From assembly GCA_965200965.1 (NCBI GenBank), contig OZ241744.1:3168001-3232000 (forward strand): a stretch of DNA of 64,000 nucleotides, in the 5' to 3' direction. Made by a program: the position numbers and the translations under genes. The notes under the pieces were generated by a model, which was not told the DNA's origin, did no database searches, and saw only the letters and a list, made by a program, of their open reading frames with translations. The DNA is from an uncultured Candidatus Binatia bacterium (GTDB taxonomy: Bacteria; Desulfobacterota; Binatia; Bin18). The number at the start of each line of letters is the position of its first letter. The first letter of the stretch is position 1. Below, one piece after another: positions 35,964 through 45,242 of the stretch.

Positions 35964-37295
35964 CTACTCTGAAGGAGCGGTCTCCCCGCCGATAAAGACA
36001 ATGTGCCCGGCTTCGTTCTGGGCCTTGATGCGGGCTTCAAGAGCCGCCGGCAGCGTAATCGTTCGCTCGGTCGGAAACTTGTCCCGGTACAGATGCGGGC
36101 GCAGATAGAACTCTTCGGGGCTGCTCACCCCGGCCTGGGTTTTGAGCGGCACTGGAAACCAGCCACGACGCATGAAATCGGGATTGAAAAACACATCTCT
36201 ATCGGCTTGGCTCCACTCGCGCAACTCCATCGCATCATGCACCCCGTAGGAATAGAAGTCCTGCTGCGGGTCCCACCACAGGGAGAGCAGGTTGTGATAG
36301 CCCTGCTCCTTGAGCGCGGGGTTCATCAACTCGGCGAGGCGCTCTTCAATCAAGACAAGTTCGCCCTCCGGTCCATAGGTCTCACTGCGCAGGGGATAGA
36401 AGTACTCCTGGTCAACCCAGTACAGAATCCGGGGCGCGTAATAGCCGGGCAGCCAGTCCTGTTTTGCCGTGGCCTCCATCACATATGTGCGGACACCCCC
36501 GTCTTCGGTGTAGTAAGGGTAGGCTTCGCCCATCAGCTTGAGGTCTGAGGCCGGCACGTCGATAAAGGAGCCGTCTTTTGTGCGCAGGGTCATGAACTGA
36601 CGGGTGGTCGGAAACCGGGCGGTCTCGTACAGGACATCGGTGCCAATCACCCGCCACGAAAACTCCCAGGCGTCACGGCCTAAAAAGTCGTCATAGGCGA
36701 CCGGCTGGTTGGGAAATTTGTCCTGACGCCGCGGCTGCGGAAAGCGACGCACGCGACGCAGGGTCGGCGAGTAGCCGAACATGTCGGCCTTCTTGGTGAG
36801 TTCTTTATCGGTCCGATAGGTGGTAAACAGCAGTTGGTTGCCATGCCTTTCCGGCGGGGCGATATCCTGGCTCAGCCAGCGTGAGAAGATGTCGCCGGGT
36901 TTGGCCCGGATCTGGCCCATCAGGCCGGCCGGCTCCTGATATTGGACCAGGACAATAATCTGGTTAATGAACAAATAGCCGGTCGGGGTCAGGGTGCCGC
37001 TGTCTTCGATCTGGACACAGTTCCAGCGTGGCATGTGGGGGAACTCCATCGCGCGAAAGCCGATCTCTTCGGGCGTGTAGGGCGGATCGAAAGGGTAGGG
37101 CTCGGCCGGCATATACGGGATGGTGGCATCGCGTGGCGTATCGGTTGAAAAGTCGAGCCGCTGACGTTCTTCGGGCGTCAGTTCTGACACAAGCCGCCAG
37201 CTGCGTTCGGCCGGCGTGTCGGCCGCCCAGGTCGGCGTATGGAACACGAGCAGTGCGGCGAACAGACACGCCAAGCGTCGGTAAGCTGTGGACAT
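35964..37295 (-). CDS. DUF1329-like exported protein
   Basis: Signal peptide, YSPTLRRVRR, RILYWVD motifs; AGGAGG RBS. Confidence 0.7.
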   Translation of the reverse strand: MSTAYRRLACLFAALLVFHTPTWAADTPAERSWRLVSELTPEERQRLDFSTDTPRDATIPYMPAEPYPFDPPYTPEEIGFRAMEFPHMPRWNCVQIEDSGTLTPTGYLFINQIIVLVQYQEPAGLMGQIRAKPGDIFSRWLSQDIAPPERHGNQLLFTTYRTDKELTKKADMFGYSPTLRRVRRFPQPRRQDKFPNQPVAYDDFLGRDAWEFSWRVIGTDVLYETARFPTTRQFMTLRTKDGSFIDVPASDLKLMGEAYPYYTEDGGVRTYVMEATAKQDWLPGYYAPRILYWVDQEYFYPLRSETYGPEGELVLIEERLAELMNPALKEQGYHNLLSLWWDPQQDFYSYGVHDAMELREWSQADRDVFFNPDFMRRGWFPVPLKTQAGVSSPEEFYLRPHLYRDKFPTERTITLPAALEARIKAQNEAGHIVFIGGETAPSE

Positions 37296-37486
37296 AATAA
37301 TTCCTCCTGTCAAGCACCCATCCAGCATACCACATTCGTTGCCAGGGCGGGAGGGGACCCCATCGGAGTGCGCGAGATTGGTCGGGTGATCGAGGCTCTC
37401 CCTGACAGTTGATCTCTGCGCGCAGAGGTTTAAGATAGGCTCAGTTGAGTGCTCTGGGGCCGGTCCCATGAGCGTAAGGAGGGGGT

Positions 37487-37960
37487 ATGAAACAACTCTG
37501 TGTTATCACCGATAAATGCACGGGCTGCGTGCAGTGCGAGTTGGCCTGCGCGTTTGTCCAAACCGGTACTTTTCAACCGGCCCGATCCGTGATCCGGGTC
37601 CACATCTTTGACGAGCAGGCCGTGTACTCGCCCTACACCTGCTTTCAGTGCGAAGAAGCCTGGTGTCTGACCGCCTGCCCGGTCAACGCGATCGCCATTG
37701 ACCCCAACACGGAGGCCAAGGTTGTTATGGACGATGTATGTGTCGGCTGTGCCGTCTGCACGGTGGCCTGTCCGTATGGGACGGTTTTTTACAATCCAGA
37801 CACCCATAAGGCCCTCAAGTGCGACCTGTGCGGCGGCGAGCCGGCCTGCGTCCACTCGTGCCCGACCGGAGCCCTTGAATATGTTGACATGGAGCGGGCC
37901 GACTGGCTGAGCGGCTGGGCAGACCGGGTCAATCATGGGTTTCAAGGTGAACACAGATGA
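37487..37960 (+). CDS. aorA: AOR 4Fe-4S subunit
   Basis: Four ferredoxin Cys motifs; first gene of an FeS-AOR-FAD-MoaD operon. Confidence 0.85.
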   Translation: MKQLCVITDKCTGCVQCELACAFVQTGTFQPARSVIRVHIFDEQAVYSPYTCFQCEEAWCLTACPVNAIAIDPNTEAKVVMDDVCVGCAVCTVACPYGTVFYNPDTHKALKCDLCGGEPACVHSCPTGALEYVDMERADWLSGWADRVNHGFQGEHR

Positions 37961-38022
37961 CCCCCTCGTCAGAGCGGCGTTTACCCGGTGACCGAAGCGG
38001 CTGACAAAGAAGGAGGCGGCAT

Positions 38023-39873
38023 ATGGCAAACGGATGGACAGGAACGGTGCTGCGTATCAATCTGACGGAGCGGACCGTCACCAAAGAGCCTCTGAACGAA
38101 CAATGGGCCAGAGAGTATGTTGGCGGACGCGGGCTTGGTGCCCGCTATCTGACCGAGGAGATGGACCCGACGGTTGACGCGCTCAGCCCTGACAACAAGC
38201 TGCTGTTTGTGACCGGCCCGCTGACCGGAACCAGCGCCTCGTGCGGCTCACGCTATATGGTTGTCACCAAGGGGCCGCTGACCAACGCGATCACCACCTC
38301 GAACTCGGGCGGGTACTGGGGGCCGGAACTCAAGTTTGCCGGCTATGACATGGTGATTCTTGAAGGCCGGGCGTCGTCGCCGTGTTACCTGTGGGTCTAT
38401 AACGAAACGGTCGAAATCCGGGAGGCCGATCACCTGTGGGGCAGAACGGTCTGGGAGACCGAGGAACGGCTGCGCGCCGAGCTGGGCGTGCCCGACACGA
38501 TTATCGCCAGCATCGGCCCGGCCGGTGAGAACTTGGTGCGCTTTGCCTGTATCATGAACGATCTGCACCGGGCGGCCGGCCGCTCCGGGGTTGGCGCGGT
38601 CATGGGCTCAAAAAATCTCAAGGCGATTGCCGTGCGAGGGACCGGCGGGGTCACGCTGGCCGACCCGCCAGCCTTTATGAAAGGCATGTGGGAGATGAAA
38701 GAAAAACTCCGCGAGTCGCCGGTCACCTCGCAGGGTCTGCCGATGTACGGCACCGAAGTCCTGGTCAATGTGATCAACGAACACGGGGCACTCCCGACCC
38801 GCAACCACCAGCAGTCGGTGTTTGAAGAGGCCGAAGACATCAGTGGAGAGACGCTGACCGAGACGCGGCTGGTGGCCAATAAAGCCTGTTTTTCCTGCGC
38901 GATTGCGTGTGGACGGGTGTCAACCCTGCCGGGCGAGGCGTCAAGCAAATATGAAGTCAGCACCAGCCCGCGCAACTGGAACATTGCCGGTGAAGGACCG
39001 GAGTATGAGGCCGCCTGGGCCATGGGTTCGGAGTGCGGCATCGGCGATTTGGACGCCCTGATTAAGGCCAACTGGTTATGCAACGATCTGGGTATGGATT
39101 CAATCAGCTTTGGCGCGACAGTGGCCGCGGCAATGGAGATGTACGAAAAGAAAGTCGTGTCGCTTGAACAGACCGAGATTCCGCTGAGCTTTGGCAGTTC
39201 TGAGGCGCTGCTGAGCCTGGCCGAGCGGATCGCCTATCGTCGGGGTTTTGGTGCCGAGCTGGCCGAAGGCTCGAAGCGCATGACCGAGAAGTTCGGTCGC
39301 CCAGAGTTCTTCATGGGCGTACGCGGTCAGGAGTTTGCCGCCTATGAAGCCCGCGCGATTCAAGGCATGGGCCTGGGCTATGCTACCTCGAACCGGGGCG
39401 CATGCCACCTCAAAGCGTATACGGTGGCGGCCGAGATTCTGGGTCTGCCGCGGCAGATGGACCCCAACGAAACCGAGGGCAAGGCCGAACTCACCAAACT
39501 GTTTCAGGACGCGACCTCAACGGTTGACGCCACCGGGCTGTGTCAGTTCCTGACCTTTGGCGTGGGACTGGAAGAGATGCTGCCGCAGTTGGTGGCGGCC
39601 ACCGGGGTCAATTTCAGTCTCGAAGAAACACTGACCATTGGCGAGCGGATCTGGAATCTGGAGCGACACTGGAACGAGCGGGCCGGAGTGGGCAGCAGCG
39701 CAGATACCCTGCCCAAGCGGATTCTGGAGGAACCGCTGCCGTCCGGCCCGGCCAAGGGCAAGGTCAACCGTCTGGGCGAGATGCTGCCTGAGTACTATCA
39801 GCTCCGCGGCTGGGATACAGACGGCAGGCTGACGCCGGAGAAGCTGAAGGAGTTGGGCTTGGACAAAGCCTGA
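38023..39873 (+). CDS. aorB: Tungsten-type aldehyde oxidoreductase catalytic subunit
   Basis: AAGRSGVGAVMGSKNLKA, CFSCAIAC, GPEYE, NDLGMD, NRGACH, DATGLC. Confidence 0.92.
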   Translation: MANGWTGTVLRINLTERTVTKEPLNEQWAREYVGGRGLGARYLTEEMDPTVDALSPDNKLLFVTGPLTGTSASCGSRYMVVTKGPLTNAITTSNSGGYWGPELKFAGYDMVILEGRASSPCYLWVYNETVEIREADHLWGRTVWETEERLRAELGVPDTIIASIGPAGENLVRFACIMNDLHRAAGRSGVGAVMGSKNLKAIAVRGTGGVTLADPPAFMKGMWEMKEKLRESPVTSQGLPMYGTEVLVNVINEHGALPTRNHQQSVFEEAEDISGETLTETRLVANKACFSCAIACGRVSTLPGEASSKYEVSTSPRNWNIAGEGPEYEAAWAMGSECGIGDLDALIKANWLCNDLGMDSISFGATVAAAMEMYEKKVVSLEQTEIPLSFGSSEALLSLAERIAYRRGFGAELAEGSKRMTEKFGRPEFFMGVRGQEFAAYEARAIQGMGLGYATSNRGACHLKAYTVAAEILGLPRQMDPNETEGKAELTKLFQDATSTVDATGLCQFLTFGVGLEEMLPQLVAATGVNFSLEETLTIGERIWNLERHWNERAGVGSSADTLPKRILEEPLPSGPAKGKVNRLGEMLPEYYQLRGWDTDGRLTPEKLKELGLDKA

Positions 39874-39883
39874 GGGGTCAACG

Positions 39884-41338
39884 ATGGCACAACATATCAT
39901 TATTGGCGCGGGTCCGGCCGGCCTTGCCGCGGCCGAAACGATTCGGGCCTGCGACCCCAGCGCGGCAGTCAGCCTGATCTCCAGCGAACCGGCCTATTCC
40001 CGCATGGTGCTGCCATATTATCTGGCCCGGGAAATCCCGGAAGAGCATGTCTTGACCGGCAACGAGGATTATTTTGCCGAGCGGAATATCGAGGCGCTGC
40101 TCGGTACCACAGTCACACGGGTCAATGGCGGGCAAAAGACGGTGACGCTCAGCGACGGGACGACCCGTGCGTTTGACCGCCTGCTGCTGGCGTCCGGTTC
40201 GTCCGCCCAACAGCCGCGGATCCCGGGCGGTAATCTGGAGGGAGTGTACTCGTTCTGGACCTTGGGCGATGCGCAACAGGTGATCGCCAAAGCCCGGGCC
40301 AGGCCGAGCGCGGTGCTCATCGGCGCGGGCTTTATCGGTTGTATCGTCCTGAATGCCATGGTCAAACTGAACTGGAAGCTGTCGGTGGTGGAAGCGGAAA
40401 GCCAGGTCCTGCCACGGATGCTGGACGCGGCCGGTGCCGGCGCGGTGGAGGGCTGGCTGACGGCCCGCAATATCGCCGTCCATACCGCCGTCGAGGTCCA
40501 GGAGATTCGGCGCAACGACGGCGGGAACCTGTCGCTGTCGCTCAGTTCGGGACAGACGCTTGAGGCGGAGCTTGTCATCATGGCCACCGGCATTCGTCCC
40601 AATGTTGCTTTTCTGGACGGTTCGGGGGTCCATGTCAAACCCGGCGGTATCCCGGTTGACGACCAGATGCAGACCAATGTCCCGGGGATTTATGCGGCCG
40701 GTGATGTGGCGATTGGACCGGATATGCTGGCCGGCCGAACCGGGCACGACACCCCCGCCACTGCCCACGCCATCCAGCCGACCGCGGTAGACCACGGCCG
40801 GATTGCCGGGGCCAACATGGCCGGCCACGAGATCCATTATCCGGGCAGCCTGCTGCTCAACGTCCTCGACGTGGTCAAGTTGCACTGCGCCAGCTTTGGC
40901 CTGTGGCGGGACGAGGGGCACGACACCACAACGGTGTTCAACCCCAGCCGGCCAATCTACCGCAAGTATGTGTGGCACGAAGACCGTATCGTTGGTGCCC
41001 TGTTTGTCGGGCCGATTGACGACGTGACGATGCTGAACGATGTAGGCATGGTCAAGGGTTTGATTCAGACCCAGCAGCCTCTGGGTGAGTGGGCTGACTA
41101 CATCAAGACCCACCCGACCGATATCCGCCGTGCCTACATTGCCAGCGGGGCGGCCCAGGCCCTTATCGGGCGGACGCTGCTCGGCGCACCGTCCCGCGAC
41201 CGCGCCTATCGGGTTGGCGGGAAAGTGCCGCCGGTCTGGGATAAGACCGCCACCCACATGCCGCTGCTCAGCGCCCAGTCCGAGCGCTACCGTGAACTGA
41301 GTCCGACACCCACGCCGGGGATTGGAAAGGCCGACTGA
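39884..41338 (+). CDS. aorC: FAD/NAD-dependent oxidoreductase subunit of AOR
   Basis: IIGAGPAG, IGAGFIG, ATGIRPN, TNVPGIYAAGD. Confidence 0.8.
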   Translation: MAQHIIIGAGPAGLAAAETIRACDPSAAVSLISSEPAYSRMVLPYYLAREIPEEHVLTGNEDYFAERNIEALLGTTVTRVNGGQKTVTLSDGTTRAFDRLLLASGSSAQQPRIPGGNLEGVYSFWTLGDAQQVIAKARARPSAVLIGAGFIGCIVLNAMVKLNWKLSVVEAESQVLPRMLDAAGAGAVEGWLTARNIAVHTAVEVQEIRRNDGGNLSLSLSSGQTLEAELVIMATGIRPNVAFLDGSGVHVKPGGIPVDDQMQTNVPGIYAAGDVAIGPDMLAGRTGHDTPATAHAIQPTAVDHGRIAGANMAGHEIHYPGSLLLNVLDVVKLHCASFGLWRDEGHDTTTVFNPSRPIYRKYVWHEDRIVGALFVGPIDDVTMLNDVGMVKGLIQTQQPLGEWADYIKTHPTDIRRAYIASGAAQALIGRTLLGAPSRDRAYRVGGKVPPVWDKTATHMPLLSAQSERYRELSPTPTPGIGKAD

Positions 41339-41607
41339 TGGAAGTCAAACTCAGGCTGTTTGCCACCCTGCGCAAAAAGCTGCCGCCCGGCTCCAAGGCC
41401 GGCAAGGCAGTCCTGACGCTCGGCCAGGACGCCACCATACGCGACGTGATCCGGCAGCTCGACATCCCGGAAGACTTGGCCCAGATGGTGCTGGTCAACG
41501 GCGAACAGACCCGCGCGTTTGATCGATCCCTGACCAACGGCGACAGCCTGAGTATTTTCCCGCCGGTAGCCGGTGGCGCGGGGCAGCCCTCAGCCAATCA
41601 CGCCTGA
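41338..41607 (+). CDS. MoaD/ThiS-like sulfur carrier with C-terminal extension
   Basis: VKLRLFATLR, LVNGE, GDSLSIFPPVAGG followed by AGQPSANHA. Confidence 0.85.
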   Translation: MEVKLRLFATLRKKLPPGSKAGKAVLTLGQDATIRDVIRQLDIPEDLAQMVLVNGEQTRAFDRSLTNGDSLSIFPPVAGGAGQPSANHA

Positions 41608-41629
41608 CGTTTCCCCTTGGCCAGTCGGA

Positions 41630-41830
41630 TCATGCCCCCGAACAAATCGGTACAAGCCGGCGGGTCGGGTCGCCGCTGAACTTCCGGTACAGACTATTGA
41701 CATTGACCGCAATGCGCTTGGCGTCGCCCCGGGCCGAGTACTCGCCGAGTGCAATATCGTCCGCCGCTTCGGTCCACGACAGACCGGCCTCATACCGTTT
41801 GCGGGCCTCGCCCTCAGTATATTGATATTG
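41630..41830 (-). pseudogene. C-terminal remnant resembling MBL-fold hydrolases
   Basis: QYTEGEARKRYEAGLSWTEAADDIALGEYS...RIAVNVNSLYR with no N-terminal part. Confidence 0.45.
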
Positions 41831-41940
41831 CACCTGTGACCGCCTCCACGCCACGTTTGACCCTGTCGGGCCTCCGGGCTGCCGAGTCTGCAAGGTCTGC
41901 ATTTGCGCCGGTTGTGGGACGTGCTATAGCAGCCGAAGTG

Positions 41941-42687
41941 ATGCGTGAACTCCTGACCGCCTGCCAATTCCTGACCTGCTTCTACTTCATCCGCCCGCCG
42001 GTGTTTGACCATGCCCATTTTGGTCGATCGGGGGTCTTTTTTCCGCTGATCGGTCTGCTGCTCGGGGCCACGGTCTGGAGCGTGGACAGCCTGCTGCGGC
42101 CGGCGCTGGCGGTCGGCCTGCTGAGCGGGGTCTTGGTCGTCCTCTTGGGCGTGTTGAGTCGTGGCTTGCAGTTCAGAGGCGTGGCCGCTAGCGCGGTTGG
42201 ACTGCTGGGCCGCAAATCGCGGGCGAGCCGTCTGGCTGACATGAAAGACCGACCCTGGGGCCTTGTCGGGATGACAGCACTGGTGGCTATCGTGAGCCTG
42301 AAAGCGCTGGCTTTTGCCTGTCTTGATACTGGCTACCGAGGGGCGGCGGTGCTCTTATGTCCGATGTTGGGCCGCTGGGCGTGTGTGGTGATGGCCTATA
42401 GCTCGCGTCCGGCCCGCAGCCACGGGCTTGGTGCCGCGTTTATACGGGGCGTTGGGTTTCGGGAGTTTGGCGCGGCTAGCGTGATGACGCTGTTCCTGGT
42501 GTTGAGCCTGGTAGAAGTGGGCGGCTTGCTCGTCTTCCTGGGGCTGGCGAGCGTCGTGATCGGCTGGACCTTATACTGTAATCGGCGCTTGGATGGAGTG
42601 ACTGGAGATGCGATCGGAGCGCTGGGCGAGATTGTTGAAACGGGGGCGGTGTGTTTGTTTGCGGCGCTGGAGAGTGTGGTCGGGTGA
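41941..42687 (+). CDS. cobS: CobS-like (adenosylcobinamide-GDP ribazoletransferase family) membrane protein
   Basis: QFLT, FFPLIG, MKD, GVTGDAIGA..E motifs; the central HxDG motif is degenerate. Confidence 0.7.
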   Translation: MRELLTACQFLTCFYFIRPPVFDHAHFGRSGVFFPLIGLLLGATVWSVDSLLRPALAVGLLSGVLVVLLGVLSRGLQFRGVAASAVGLLGRKSRASRLADMKDRPWGLVGMTALVAIVSLKALAFACLDTGYRGAAVLLCPMLGRWACVVMAYSSRPARSHGLGAAFIRGVGFREFGAASVMTLFLVLSLVEVGGLLVFLGLASVVIGWTLYCNRRLDGVTGDAIGALGEIVETGAVCLFAALESVVG

Positions 42688-42744
42688 GCGCGGCACCGAG
42701 AGGCCGGAAGGATGGCGGGGCGCTCAACACCCCGCGTCATGGGC

Positions 42745-43131
42745 CTAGTTAGCGGGCTGGACCATTTCGGGCTGGGAGAGTCTGGGCTGAACAGGGATGC
42801 TTTGGCTCAACTCGAGCTCCGCCGTTTTTTGCTGCTGGAGGACATTTTCTCTCCACTCCTGAAGAGCTTCACGCATCCGACCAGGATGGATGCCAAGGAT
42901 TTCACAGATGTTCTCAAACGAGAAAAACCAGTAGGTGTCGGTTGACTCGATCCATTCCTGGGCTTCTTGGAACAGACGGCATTCGTGTGGTTTGCGGGCC
43001 AGCAGATAGGTCTGGAAACAATGTACAGCATCCTCTAGCATAGCCAGGAGGAGGCGCTTTTCACCTTGCAAAGGTTTTCTTCCCAGAATGCTGAAAAACT
43101 GTTCTGGGAGAAGAGTATCCGGCTCGAACAT
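42745..43131 (-). CDS. Conserved-looking hypothetical protein
   Basis: PDTLLPEQFF, GEKRLLLAMLEDAV, FSFENICEILGI; divergent from the LysR gene. Confidence 0.7.
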   Translation of the reverse strand: MFEPDTLLPEQFFSILGRKPLQGEKRLLLAMLEDAVHCFQTYLLARKPHECRLFQEAQEWIESTDTYWFFSFENICEILGIHPGRMREALQEWRENVLQQQKTAELELSQSIPVQPRLSQPEMVQPAN

Positions 43132-43259
43132 AATTCCTCTCCTTACTGCAGCGCTATGCGTGAAGAGTTGCACCCCGCTGCCTCATGTGTGAGATCAACA
43201 GGATACCGAAATCTGCTCTATAAGTAAAGTGAAAAAACCTGCATAACATTATTAGCAAC

Positions 43260-44198
43260 ATGCATATTGAAACGCTCAAGGTTTTTTGTGATCTGGTCGA
43301 AACGGGCAGTTTCTCGCTGGCAGCCTCAAAGAACTTTGTGACCCAGTCCGCGGTCAGTCAGCAGATCCGGAGTCTTGAGGAACGCTACGGCCGCGAGTTG
43401 GTTGAGCGCTCCAAAGGCAATGTCCGGCTCACCGAAGCTGGCCAGGTGTTCTATGAGGTCGGCAGGGAGATTATCCAAAAATATCGGGAAATTGAGAACA
43501 GTTTGCACAGCCTGTCGCGCTCGGTGGCCGGCACGGTGCGGGTTGCGACGGTGTATAGTGTCGGACTGTACGAACTGTCTTCCCCGCTCAAACGCTACCT
43601 CCAGGCTTTTCCCGAGGTCAATATTCATCTCGAATATACCCGGGCCAATAAAATCTATGATGAGGTGAGCCGTGGGGATATTGATCTAGGTATTGTTGCC
43701 TATCCGAGCAAGCGCCCACAGATTCTGGTCATTCCCTTTCGTGAGGATCGGCTCGTCCTGATCTGTGCCCCCCAGCATCCGTTTGCGACCTTGTCGGAGT
43801 TGTCGCTTACGCGGCTCAATAGCGAAAAATTCGTCGGCTTTGAGCGTGATATTGCCACCCGGCGGGCCTTGGACCGCATCTTCCGGCAGTATGGCGTCAA
43901 GGTGCGGTATGCGATGGAGATGGACAATATCGAGACCATCAAGCGCGGGGTCGAGATTGGGGCTGGGGTGTCTATCGTGCCGGAGCCGGCCATTGGCCAG
44001 GAAGTGAAAAATGAAACCCTGGTGGCGGTGCAGATTCGGGATGAAGCCCTGACCCGGCCGCTCGGTATTATTTCCAAACGGGGGCGGCAGTTCACGCCTG
44101 CCGTCCAGGAGTTCCTCAATTTTTTACAGGAAAAGACAGCCCGGCTGCCAGAGGAGAACGCTGCTCAGGCCGGTCGGACGCTTGACGGTCTGGTGTGA
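43260..44198 (+). CDS. LysR family transcriptional regulator
   Basis: GSFSLAA...TQSAVSQQIRSLE HTH plus substrate-binding domain. Confidence 0.93.
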   Translation: MHIETLKVFCDLVETGSFSLAASKNFVTQSAVSQQIRSLEERYGRELVERSKGNVRLTEAGQVFYEVGREIIQKYREIENSLHSLSRSVAGTVRVATVYSVGLYELSSPLKRYLQAFPEVNIHLEYTRANKIYDEVSRGDIDLGIVAYPSKRPQILVIPFREDRLVLICAPQHPFATLSELSLTRLNSEKFVGFERDIATRRALDRIFRQYGVKVRYAMEMDNIETIKRGVEIGAGVSIVPEPAIGQEVKNETLVAVQIRDEALTRPLGIISKRGRQFTPAVQEFLNFLQEKTARLPEENAAQAGRTLDGLV

Positions 44199-44241
44199 AG
44201 GGAGCCGGGCCCATATTCTGCGGGAGAGGAGGAGTGCGGCT

Positions 44242-45216
44242 ATGGATGGCTTGGCGGCTGATTCGGTTTCCACGGCGCTCAGGCAGGCACGCGAGCAGCG
44301 AGGCGTCTCTGTGCCAGACGCCGCCCGGGCGGCGAACATCCCCCTGTCCTATCTCCGGGCACTGGAGGCCGGTGGCGACTATCGTCTGCTGGTTGACCCG
44401 ATGTACCTCATCCCGTTTCTGCGGACCTACGCCGTCTACCTGGGCCTTAGACCAGATGACGCGGTGCGGCAGTTTGTCGCTGAACTGCAAAGGACGGCGG
44501 TCAGTACGGCCAGAAATCCGCCCGACACACCCCTCAGCCTTCTCAGGCCGGCCCAGCTTTCGGCCTGGATTGTGCCGTTGGTGGTGCTGGTGGGCGGCTT
44601 GGTCGGTGTCGGGCTTGTCGTCCAGTCAATTGAGCCGCCTGCCTGGCGGGCGGAAGAAGAGGAACCGGCCGGCGGTTCGGTCGTGGCTGAGGCAAAGCCG
44701 GCCGAGCCCGCTCCCAGCGGCGAACGGCCATCCGTCCCGTCGCCGGCCACCGAGCGGCAACATACCGAGGAGTTGGCCGACAACTCTAGTGGGGCTGAGC
44801 AAGAGGCAGCTCCGGTCGCCTCAGCCCCTGGCGGCGAGCGGCCGATTGCCTTGCCGCCCGTCACCGAACAAGAACCCCGTGTGGAAATCTCGCAAACCCC
44901 AGAGCCTGCCCCGCTGGCATCTGAGCTGCCAGAGCCGACCGGCCAGACTGTGCCGGCTCCCCCCGGGCTTCATCGGCTCCATATACGCGCGCTGGAAACA
45001 ACGTGGCTCCACGTTGTGATTGACGGCGGACTCCCCCGGGAGGTTCTGCTTCAACCCGGCGATCATCTGCGCTGGGAAGCGAGCCGGCATTTCATCCTGA
45101 CGGTGGGCAACGCCGGAGGGGTGGAACTCACGTTTGACGACAATCCGCTCCGCCGGCTGGGAGGGTCTGGGGAGGTGGTCCGTGAACTCCGTCTTCCGGC
45201 CCTTGAAACGCCATAG
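44242..45216 (+). CDS. rodZ: RodZ-like cytoskeletal protein
   Basis: LRQAREQRG HTH, FLRTYAVYLGL, single TM, Pro/Glu linker, C-terminal GNAGGVELTFD. Confidence 0.8.
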   Translation: MDGLAADSVSTALRQAREQRGVSVPDAARAANIPLSYLRALEAGGDYRLLVDPMYLIPFLRTYAVYLGLRPDDAVRQFVAELQRTAVSTARNPPDTPLSLLRPAQLSAWIVPLVVLVGGLVGVGLVVQSIEPPAWRAEEEEPAGGSVVAEAKPAEPAPSGERPSVPSPATERQHTEELADNSSGAEQEAAPVASAPGGERPIALPPVTEQEPRVEISQTPEPAPLASELPEPTGQTVPAPPGLHRLHIRALETTWLHVVIDGGLPREVLLQPGDHLRWEASRHFILTVGNAGGVELTFDDNPLRRLGGSGEVVRELRLPALETP

Positions 45217-45242
45217 TCGCAGAGCGAAAACGGGCGCTTTTC

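Noticed and set aside
37296-37486. Moco/tungsten-cofactor riboswitch upstream of the AOR operon
   Set aside because: No recognisable consensus; an Rfam scan would be needed.
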